A stretch of DNA of 64,000 bases from Eledone cirrhosa (Eukaryota). The notes under the pieces were generated by a model. The model saw only the letters and a program-made list of their open reading frames with translations, was not told the origin of the DNA and searched no databases. This document shows positions 53,998 to 64,000 of the stretch, one piece after another (position 1 is the stretch's first letter; every line of letters starts with the position of its first letter). The stretch covers positions 91,636,001-91,700,000 of the forward strand of contig OZ024743.1 of assembly GCA_964016885.1 (NCBI GenBank), in the 5' to 3' direction. Both the position numbers and the translations under genes were made by a program.

Positions 53998-55809
53998 GCC
54001 CAGGCTGTAATGGTGGTCTTGTACAAGGGAAAGGGTAACAGGAACGATTGTGGGAACTACAGAGGTATATCATTGCTTTCTGTCGTAGGGAAAGTGTTAT
54101 GTAGGGTGCTTCTGGACCGTCTGCTGACACACATTGCAGATTGTGTTCTTCCTGAAAGTCAGTCTGGTTTTCGTGCTGGACGCGGCACTACTGATATGAT
54201 CTTCTCAGCTAGACAGCTCCAGGAGAAGTGCATGGAACAAGGCTTGGATCTGTATCAGGTTTTTGTCGATCTGACAAAAGCTTTCGATACTGTTAACAGA
54301 GATGCATTATGGAAGGTTCTCCAGAAACTTGGTTGCCCTGATAAGTTCCTTGCTTTAGTTAGGTCTTTCCATGACGACATGAAGGCTTGGGTTAATGTCG
54401 GAAGTAACATGTCGGAGCCTATCTCAGTTAAAAATGGAGTGAAACAGGGGGATATTCCAGCACCGACCCTGTTTGCCATATACTTTGCAATGGTTTTCTG
54501 TATTGCATTCAGGAATTGCGAGCATGGTGTTTACATCCGATATCGAACCTCAGGCAGCATATTTAACATCAGGCGTTTTGCTGCGAAGACAAAAGTATTT
54601 ACATCAATCATAAGAGACCTCTTGTATGCAGATGATTGCGATCTTGTAGCGCACACAGAGAGTGATATGCAGCACATTTTGAATGCATTTTCTGACGCTT
54701 GCACTGCCCTAGGTCTGACTGTCAGTCTCAAGAAAACCGTCGTCATGTACCAACCTGCCCCTGGTAAGCAGTACACTGAACCAAACATCTATGTGTATGG
54801 CAAACGACTTGGAGTGGTTGATCAGTTTGTCTACCTGGGAAGCACTGTCAATCGATACAGCAACCTTGACAGTGAAATCTCACTTAGGATTAGGAAAGCA
54901 AGTGATGCTTTCGGAAAGCTAGAAAGGCGACTCTGGGGTCGGCGAGACATATGCAGGAGGACAAAGGTAAAGGTGTACAGGGCATGTGTGCTCTCTTGCC
55001 TTCTTTATGCCTGCGAGACCTGGGTCACATATCGACACCACCTTAAGCAATTGGAGCGTTTCCATCAGATGTGTCTCAGACGGATCCATGGCGTTCACTG
55101 GAGGGACCACATCAGTGATGTCGAGATTTTGGAAAGCTTTATGTGTGACAGTATAGAAGCTCTTGTGCTTAAGCAACGACTCCGTTGGAGTGGTTACCTT
55201 GCCAGGATGAAGGATTCTAGAACACCAAAACAACTCTTTTATGGAGTGTTGGTTAAAGGAAAACGACCGCCACATAAACCAAAAAAGAGGTATAAGGATT
55301 CCTTGAAAGCCTCTCTGAAAGACGCTAACATCTCTGCTGATACATGGGAGAATATTGCTGCTGATCGTAATAAATGGAGAAAGACTGTATATGAGGGAAA
55401 AGTTGCCTTTGAGGCATCTCGAATCGCATACGAGAAAGTAAAGCGGGATGTGAGGAGGGGCATTGCTGTTGCACTTCTAGACGGCGAGGGTCCTCCTATG
55501 GTGCTGACATGCAGCGTATGTGCGAGACTCTGCCTAAGCAAATCTGGACTCGAAAGTCATCTTCGCAGTCATAAAGTAAGACCAGTGGTTGACTACCAGG
55601 CTGCTGTTGGAGATGCTACTCATCATGCTTGCCAAACATGTGGTAGAGAATGTAAATCAGCAGGAGGGCTCAAGCGACATGCAAGAGTATACGAACTCCA
55701 ACCACAGCCGACTAATCCCAGTGAATGTTTTGGTTGCCGACTCTGCTGTGCAAGACATTTTAGATCATTGGCTGGGCTAAAAAGCCACATTCGATCGCAG
55801 CACTGTTAG
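53998..55809 (+). CDS. RTE (BovB-like) LINE reverse transcriptase, 5'-truncated, uninterrupted frame, three C-terminal C2H2 fingers
   Basis: NYRGISLLS, PESQSGFR, FVDLTKAFDTV, GVKQG, LLYADD, YLGS, RLRWSG; fingers CSVC..H..SH, CQTC..H, CRLC..H..QH. 3' UTR runs to about 56190. Confidence 0.93.
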   Translation, partial: AQAVMVVLYKGKGNRNDCGNYRGISLLSVVGKVLCRVLLDRLLTHIADCVLPESQSGFRAGRGTTDMIFSARQLQEKCMEQGLDLYQVFVDLTKAFDTVNRDALWKVLQKLGCPDKFLALVRSFHDDMKAWVNVGSNMSEPISVKNGVKQGDIPAPTLFAIYFAMVFCIAFRNCEHGVYIRYRTSGSIFNIRRFAAKTKVFTSIIRDLLYADDCDLVAHTESDMQHILNAFSDACTALGLTVSLKKTVVMYQPAPGKQYTEPNIYVYGKRLGVVDQFVYLGSTVNRYSNLDSEISLRIRKASDAFGKLERRLWGRRDICRRTKVKVYRACVLSCLLYACETWVTYRHHLKQLERFHQMCLRRIHGVHWRDHISDVEILESFMCDSIEALVLKQRLRWSGYLARMKDSRTPKQLFYGVLVKGKRPPHKPKKRYKDSLKASLKDANISADTWENIAADRNKWRKTVYEGKVAFEASRIAYEKVKRDVRRGIAVALLDGEGPPMVLTCSVCARLCLSKSGLESHLRSHKVRPVVDYQAAVGDATHHACQTCGRECKSAGGLKRHARVYELQPQPTNPSECFGCRLCCARHFRSLAGLKSHIRSQHC

Positions 55810-56030
55810 TTGCTATCGTGTGTGTGTGTGTAGATATGCTTATGTGTGTGCGTGTGTGTGTAGATATGCTTATGTGTGTGCGTATGTGTGTATATATATA
55901 TGTATATGTATATTATTATTGTTGTTGTCGTTACTCTTATTGTTGTTATTATTATTATTATTATTACTATTATTATTATTGTTATTAATGTATGTGTGTG
56001 TGTATATGTGAGTGTGTGTGTGTATATGTG

Positions 56031-56068
<38 letters not shown>

Positions 56069-56083
56069 TATTTTTTTTATTTT

Positions 56084-56119
<36 letters not shown>

Positions 56120-56250
56120 TTTTATTTTTTTTTTTTCTTCTCGTGCAATGGCCATACTCGATAACGAGGGGGCAGCCATCATGTATGTATGTTAGTGCAC
56201 AGTCTTTCCTCACTTCTTCACGCACAGACATTGCACGATAGAATTAATTA

Positions 56251-56435
56251 ATTGTTTCTACTTTTGGCACAAGGCCAGCAATTACTCAGTGCATTACTGG
56301 TACTTTATTTTATCGACCCCGTAAGGATGAAAGGCAAAGTTAACCTCGGCGGGATTTGAACTCACAATGGCAAGGGCCCTAACTCTATACGCCAAAGCAT
56401 GGCGTCCGACCCTCTACCGATACTGCCAATCCACC
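56251..56435 (-). mobile_element. Young major-family SINE inserted in an RTE-related tail fragment, about 18-20-bp TSD
   Basis: GCACGATAGAATTAATTA at 56233-56250 and 56436-56453. Host fragment 56193-56515 matches 53592-53720. Confidence 0.9.
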
Positions 56436-57397
56436 GCACGATAGAATTAATTAATAATTATTAATAATGGTATATCGTGCAATGGCCATACTCGATAACG
56501 AGGGGGCAGCCATCATGTATGTATGTATGTGGAAAACTTGCTTTTATGTGTAAATAGTCGTTAAGACTATCGTCTTGTCCTTTGTCCAATTGTTACTGAC
56601 CCTTGTGGACTAGAGCCAGTTGTGTTGACCCTAAAGTACCGGGTGTGTCCATGTTAGTGTTTATCTCTTGTAACTTGACGTTTTGATAAAAAGACATGGA
56701 TAACATATGTACCAGACTTGGAAACTAGAAGTTGTGGAAGCTGAAATGATCGACTAAATTCATTTTAATGTGGTGCCCCAGCATGGCTGGGGTCTAATGG
56801 CTGAGACACAAGTTCAAAAGAATAAAGAAAAGAATTAAAATAACGAAACGGAACGAGCACACAAATATATAAACAAATAACATAAATAAATATAATAAAA
56901 TAAAATAAATGAATTAATAAAATAAATAAATAAGATAAATAAATTGATAAAATAAATAAATAAAGTAAATAAATTAATTAATTATTCAAATGAAAAATAA
57001 AATAAATATATTAATAATAAAATAAAATAAAATACATCTTACAATTCAAATATTAGGTGACAAGATTATTCAAGTTAGCTTTTCTTTCTTAACCTCCTTT
57101 CAATAGAGTCAACGACACGTGTCAAAGACGTTTTACTAAGGAAAGTAACTTACTCCATTGATAAACTACATTGATTATTTCTCTCACGTGACTGGCTCAT
57201 TAGCAGTATGGAAGAAGAAGAAGAAGAAGAAGAAGAAGAAGAAGAAGAAGAAGAAGAAGAAGAAGAAGAAGAAGAAGAACAAATTCCTATTTTGATATAT
57301 ATTTTATATATTTAAAATATGTTCTTTTTGTTTAATTAGTGTCAGGCTAATTGATGTTAAAATCACGATTCTAAATTTCATTCTTTTATTTTATTGT

Positions 57398-57471
<74 letters not shown>

Positions 57472-57839
57472 ATGTGTATGTGTGTATATATATGAGTGTG
57501 TGTGTGTGCCTGTGTTCATTCTTTTACTTGTTTTAGTCGTTAGATAGCGACCATGCTGGGGCACGACCATAAAAGTTTCAGTCGATCATATCGACCATAA
57601 AATATATTTATGTTATTTATTTTTATATCTGGTACTTATTTTATCGAACATATTTTGTCGAAATGCTAAGTTACAGGACAAAAAGAAACCCATCAGGGAA
57701 GACTGATGATTTCTTTTGAATGAAACAGTTTTAATCCCGTAGAAGCCATTTCTATATTAAACATGATGTTCACACTCTACTAATGTATTGAGTACCTTAC
57801 TAACTGTGGTTACTTTCGATTGAACCTGGGATTCATTAT

Positions 57840-58017
57840 GATTGGCAGTATCGGTAGAGAGTCGGACACCATGCTTTGAAGCATAGAGTTACGTCCCTTT
57901 AGGATCTGAGTTCAAATCCCGCCGAGGTTAACTTTGCCTTTCATCCTTACGGGGTCGATAAAATAAAGTACCAGTAATGTACTGGGTTATTGCTGGCCTT
58001 GTGCCTAATATAGAAAC

Positions 58018-58021
<4 letters not shown>
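57840..58021 (+). mobile_element. Major-family SINE (short subfamily)
   Basis: Close match to 29691-29874. Confidence 0.88.
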
Positions 58022-58047
<26 letters not shown>

Positions 58048-58052
<5 letters not shown>

Positions 58053-58697
58053 GAAGAGAGAAGAAACATTTAGATACAATTAGTAATAAAATGTATCATA
58101 CCTAAACTGCTCCTAAATTCCTCGACTACGTAGTTTCGTGGCATAAACAAAAACAATATATCATAAAGATATAGAGTCCCTGCGAGGTCTGCCGACTTAT
58201 CAAGAGGATACCTCATTTTACTAGTCTCAAGAACGCGTCCACACGACGTGAGAAAGAATCCCAAAAGGCGGAGGGGGAGATAGTCACGCGATATAACGGT
58301 CGAGAAACAGAGCTAAGCCTCTTATAACCACGAAGAAAATACCACGGAGGCGGAGGGGGTATTCATATCGAGGCCGCAGAAGAGGTGGTGAAGAAGGCTA
58401 GAAGTATGAGTAATGGAAGCTTTCCAGTTGTCCCCACACTTCAAAGATTGCTCGACCAGAGGGAGTTATTAACAATATATTTAGAAACACACAGATACAT
58501 GCGGACACACACATATATACATGAATGCATCCGCACCCAACTGTGAGTTAAGGGTGCCAACTTCACCGATGTTGCTCAATGAATGACCGGGACAGACCAA
58601 TTCAGTTGAACTAGACTGAACCAGTATCAGAGTTAAAAATACATTATGAAGAGAGAAGAAACATTTAGATACAATTAGTAATAAAATGTATCATACC
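58048..58697 (-). mobile_element. Second copy of the retrozyme-like element: one ~595-bp unit plus ~55-bp terminal redundancy
   Basis: ATTATGAAGAGAGAAG...GTATCATACC at 58048-58102 and 58643-58697. Body matches the 34-35 kb unit. Confidence 0.87.
58119..58208 (-). ncRNA. Hammerhead ribozyme, U3-A8 core variant
   Basis: Same motif as 34864-34951; differences fall in the stem II cap. Confidence 0.78.
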
Positions 58698-58705
58698 ATA
58701 TATAT

Positions 58706-59538
58706 ACTAGCATTAAAGCCCGGCGTTGCACGGGGTCATTAAGTTACCAAAGTTAGGTTGCACCACCCATTTTATGGCAGCACTTTTTTGTCTGCCAGGC
58801 ACTGGGTGAATGAATTGCAGACCTGGAAGCAGGAGCTGCGCCAGCAGTGACAATTGTAGTTTCGCCTATGGATATTATCTCTGTGCAAAAAAGTGTTGAA
58901 ATTTATTTTTTCACAGTACTTGCGCAACACGCGCGTAGACGATGCCGGCCGAACAACAGAGCTGCGATGGAGTTGTTCTGCATGGTTGTCTGTGTGTTTT
59001 CTAAATTTAAGACAGTATGGAGGGTTGTGATATGAGGGAGAGTTAGCTGTTGTTTCTAGCAGGTTTAGTGACCTCATAGAGGATATGTGTTTTCTAAATG
59101 TAAGACAGTAGGGAGTGGTGTGATATGGAGGAGAGTTAGCTGCTGTTTCTAGCAGGTTTAGTGACCTCATAGAGGATATGTGTTTTCTAAATTTAAGACA
59201 GTAGGGAGTGGTGTGATATGGGAACAGATGATATGAGAGAGTAAAACGGAGAGTATCGCCATCAATCTTGGAAAGAGAAAGTAGCAGAAAGTATGAAGTT
59301 GTATAGATTTTGAATGGTAGGGAAAGGTTTAGCGGTTTAAATGAGAGAGAAAAATCGTAAAATATTGAATTTTATCTATTTTTTGCGTAATTGTGGGTGA
59401 AATTGAAAAAATGAGATGTGCCAAGACGCAATCGAAACTATTTCGAATACTGAATTGTAAATTTCAATTGAAGAAATTCTATATCGTAGATTTCTATAAG
59501 AAAGGAACATGACCACACACTGAACTTTATAGATTATG
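58706..59538 (+). mobile_element. Non-autonomous Helitron/Helentron-like element with internal 93-bp tandem repeat
   Basis: ACTAG..CCCGgcgttgcaCGGG subterminal hairpin at the start; ends ...ctttatagattatgat before a TA run. 93-bp units at 58993, 59086 and 59179. Confidence 0.55.
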
Positions 59539-59644
59539 ATATATATATATAGGAACGATCGACCTTCGTCAAATCGGACCGAGGGAACAATGTTTCCGTT
59601 GGTCTTTCCAATTGCTAATACTATCTATCGGTCGCAACTCCAGG

Positions 59645-59767
59645 TAGAAGGATCAACGTGAAATAAAGTGTCTTGCTCAAGGACATAACGCATCGCCTGG
59701 TCCAGGAATCGAACTCACAACCTTACGATTGCGAATCCAATTCCCTAACCACTCAGCCACACGCCTT
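59645..59767 (-). mobile_element. tRNA-derived SINE head with CORE-like segment
   Basis: ggcgtgtggctgagtggttaggg...gagttcgattcctgg...tgtccttgagcaagacactt. Confidence 0.75.
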
Positions 59768-59804
59768 CGAGATATATATATATATATGTATGTATGTATG
59801 TATG

Positions 59805-59993
<189 letters not shown>

Positions 59994-59994
59994 A

Positions 59995-60037
<43 letters not shown>

Positions 60038-60488
60038 TAAACGGAATAGAAAATGCTGACAAATTGTTCACAGTTGAAAAATAGTTTAATTAGGAATAAA
60101 AGAGTATTAGCCACAACTGAATACAACAATCACTAATACTCTTTTATTCCTAATTAAATCATTTTTCAACTGTGAACAATTTGTCAGCATTTTCTATTCC
60201 GTTTACCAATATATAATAACTTGTGTGTTACACCTCTATTCTTTTAACTATATATATATATATATTCTAATAATATATATATGTATATATAACAAAGAGA
60301 GTGTGGTAAGATACCAGGTGGACCATAACATAACGCACCAGAGTACTCAATACTTAGGGTAGTAGAGTGGGTAATAGGAAAAGAGTCAGGACCCCGACGG
60401 CTGAGGTCCGGCCGTTTCGACAGCGAAGACCTAGTTGTCGAAACGGCCGGAGCTCAGCCGCCGGTGTCCTGACTCTTTTCCTATTATG

Positions 60489-60536
<48 letters not shown>

Positions 60537-60540
<4 letters not shown>

Positions 60541-62710
60541 AATAAGTATGACCCCGACGGCAGAGCTCAAGCCGTTTCGACGGCTATTTCTGGACTAAAT
60601 TAGAATTTTTAGCCTGGTGAATAAATAACCGAACTTGTCAAGGCGGTACTTCCTTATATGGGAAGATTGTAGTTGTCAAGAGGATTGGTTAAAATTTGTT
60701 GTAAACACAAATAAGTCTATCATGGCATTTGGTGGGAGGTAGGGGTGGCTGAACTTGTCTGTAGAACAATAGTGGCTGAGTGGAGCGGTCAAGCGTTGAA
60801 AGTAATATGTATACAGCAGATTCTAAGGATAGTGTATGAAGTGGAGGAGGGAGGTTATAGGATAGGTAAATCGAATGAGAGTAGGAGACAATAAAAGATA
60901 ATAGAAAGAAATAAAAAAATTATATAAAATTAGATAGTGAGAAATGAATTAAAAAATCACAATGCTATCTTACAATTACAGGTTAATAAGTTGAGAATAG
61001 AAAAAACTTGTAGAAATTACAAAACTGATACAAAATTAAAGGAGTGGCTTCCGGGAGGAAATATCCTTTTATCCAGCTTCCCTTAGCGGAACCAGCAAGT
61101 GACACCGCCGCTCACGCAACGTAACGCCGTTCAATCCCACCCCCCACCCCCATAATGCCGAGGTGGCAACACCTATCGGGAAAATCTTCTTTAGACTCCT
61201 CGAAAAACACTTCCCACTACAACACCGCTACCACAACATAATCAACAAAAACACCATCAAATTCTCCTACACCACCACACCTAAGTTCGCACAAAATATC
61301 GTCTCCTCAAACAACAAAAAACTCAACCTCTATGGAAGAAATAACCTAGACATCAGTGGAGAGCCGACCAGGAGGTGTAACTGCCCTGATAGATCTACGT
61401 GCCCCCCCCCCCCCCCCCAACAAAAAATGCCGAGAACGTAACGTGATCTACCAGAGCAACGTGAGGATGGACACCTCCAACAAAGCTTATATAGGATTAA
61501 CCGCGTGTGACTTCAAGACCCGGCTCTACCAACACCGACATACTTTCCGAAACCCGGTCCGGCGACATGCCACTACACTTTCGGGCCACATCTGGGAACT
61601 CCAAGATAATAATATAACCTACAATCTCACTTGGAGCTTACTGTCCAGAACTAACTCCTACACAGGAGGACGCCGTCCGTCTAACTTATGCTCGGAGGAA
61701 ACATTACAAATGCTGTTTTCGAAGGACCAACTCCTAAACAAGAAAGACGAACTGGTAACCGCATGCAAACACAGATTGCGTAGGACTTACCTCGCCCTCA
61801 AACCCCATGACGACCCGGGTGGGTAGACAAGGGATGATACCCCCCCACACACACACACTTGCCGAATAAGTTAGGGGAAACCCCAGCTTACATAGGTAGT
61901 TGTATCTCTTTTCTTTTCCTCTCTGTCTTCTTCTTCCCCCTGTCTCATCCTATCACTTCCTACCACTCCCTATTTTCTCCCTCGTCTGCTTTTCCCCTTT
62001 CGCCTACCCCGATGCAGCGCATCGGGCCTCTGTAGCATCAGTTCCCTCACCCCTGTAATTTTAAGATAGAATTGGCCGAATACGTTTCACTAACTACTTA
62101 TAGCAGACGTGTTAAACCCCTTTAATTTTGTATCAGTTTTGTAATTTCTACAAGTTTTTTTTTCTATTCTCAACTTATTAACCTGTAATTGTAAGATAGC
62201 ATTGTGATTTTTTAAATTCATTTCTCACTATCTAATTTTATATATATATTTTTTATTTCTTTCTATTATCTTTTATTGTCTCCTACTCTCATTCGATTTA
62301 CCTGTTCTAGAACCTCCCTCCTCCACTTCATACACTATCCTTAGAATCTACTGTATACATATTACTTTCAACGCTTGACCGCTCCACTCACTCCCCTATT
62401 GTTCTACAGACAAGTTCAGCCACCCCTACCTCCCACCAAATGCTATGATAGACTTACTTGTGTTTACAACAAATTTTAACCAATCCTCTTGACAACTACA
62501 ATCTTCCCATATAAGGAAGTACCCACTTGACAAGTTCGGCTATTTATTCACCAGGCTAAAAATTCTAATTTTGTCCAGAAATAGCCGTCGAAACGGCTTG
62601 AGCTCTGCCGTCGGGGTCATACTTTTTCCTATTTCTCACTCTACTACCCTAAGTATTGAGTACTCTGGTGCCTTATGGTCCATCTGGTTCCTTACCACAA
62701 TTCCTTTGTT
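60537..62710 (+). mobile_element. 5'-truncated Penelope-like element with inverted pLTR
   Basis: 60537-61042 is the reverse complement of about 62118-62632. GIY-YIG coding remnant between them. Flanked by (TA)n. Confidence 0.9.
61163..61826 (+). pseudogene. PLE Cys-rich linker and GIY-YIG endonuclease, frameshifted at a poly-C run
   Basis: IINKNTIKFSYT, CNCPDRSTCP..KC, NVIYQ...YIGLT...FKTRLYQH, TTLSGHIW, LCSEE, LLNKKDE. Layout of Neptune-type PLEs. Confidence 0.88.
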
Positions 62711-62859
62711 ATATATATATATATATATATGCATGTGTGTGTCTGTGTATGTGTGTCTGTGTATATATATATATATATGTATATCTATATATATGGATGT
62801 AATGGTGCATATTAAGAAGCTTTTAAGTAATCAATGTAAAAAAAGAGGCATTAAAGGCA

Positions 62860-62980
62860 ACAATACGAACAGCAGCAGTAACAACAACAACATCACCACC
62901 ACCACCACCACCAACAACAACATCACTAACAACAAATCTATAACAGCCACAACAATAACAACAACATCACCACCACCACC

Positions 62981-63012
<32 letters not shown>

Positions 63013-63043
63013 CAACAGCCACAAGAATAACACCACCACCACC

Positions 63044-63075
<32 letters not shown>

Positions 63076-63138
63076 CAACATAACTAACAACAAATCTATA
63101 ACAGCCACAACAATAAAAACAACAACATCACCACCACC

Positions 63139-63169
<31 letters not shown>

Positions 63170-63490
63170 TCACTAACAACAAATCTATAACAGCCACAAC
63201 AATAACAACAACAACATCACTACCAACAAAATCTACAACAACAACAACAACATCACTAACAACAAATCTATAACAGCCACAACAATAACAACAACAACAA
63301 CACCACCACCACCACCACCACCACCAACAACAACATCACTAACAACAAATCTATAACAGCCACAACAATAACAACATCAACATCACTACCAACAAAATCT
63401 ACAACAACAACAACAACATCACTAACAACAAATCGATAACAGCCACAACAATAACAACAGCAATAACTATAACATAAACAATAACGACAA

Positions 63491-63552
<62 letters not shown>

Positions 63553-63760
63553 GGAATGGGAACTGGAACAGCATATAGAATATATAACAATGAATGGAAC
63601 AGCAGCAGCAGCAGCAACGACAACAACAGCAGCAGCAACAGCGACAACAGCAGCAGTAACAGTGACAGCAACAATAATAACAACAGTAGCATAACAACAA
63701 CAACATATACAAGAAAATCAACAGCAGCAGCAAAAACCAAACAACAAAAACAAAAATAAC
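62860..63760. repeat. Compound (AAC/ACC/AGC)n repeat with recurring CATCACTAACAACAAATCTATAACAGCCAC unit
   Basis: Visible directly. Confidence 0.9.
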
Positions 63761-64000
63761 ATTAAATTGCAAAAATAACAACTAAATATTCACTGAAACA
63801 TCATCATGAGCAACAACAACAAAAACAACAGCCAAATTAGCAACGGCAAAATGGAAACTGATCAAAGCAATCAGAAGGGGAGAGCATCATGTTACAATAG
63901 GCATACATTTTAGAAGATCTCAGGGCATTTTCTACGTCTAAATTTTTTTTTTGTTTTTCTTTTTGTTTTTGTTTTTGTTTTTGTTTTTGTTTTTGTTTTT

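Noticed and set aside
59690-59767. tRNA gene
   Set aside because: A/B boxes continue into a SINE body shared with other copies; no clean cloverleaf. Treated as a SINE head.

Overview
Repeat-saturated eukaryotic (metazoan) non-coding DNA. The SINE families and extreme microsatellite load suggest an octopus/cephalopod genome (inference). I found no convincing host protein-coding exon, and most listed ORFs are microsatellite read-through. Recognisable elements: a truncated mariner; two R4/Dong-type RLE non-LTR retrotransposons, one near full length; an RTE LINE with an intact RT and three C2H2 fingers, plus RTE fragments; Penelope-like (PLE) pieces with GIY-YIG and inverted pLTRs; about 20 tRNA-derived SINEs; a Helitron-like element; and several satellites. 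The main unexplained signal is a dense set of type I hammerhead ribozyme motifs, found by eye: about 10 well-formed and several degenerate ones from many unrelated short non-coding families. Most sit in (TA)n tracts and show PLE-style fold-back structures. One family has a compensatory U3-A8 core, a branched stem II, and tandem or terminally redundant copies defining a ~593-nt unit, as expected for a retrozyme with a circular RNA intermediate. A 57-bp satellite appears to have arisen from a SINE stub plus its target-site duplication. Structures were read manually, not computed; most coordinates are accurate to a few bp and repeat boundaries are approximate.
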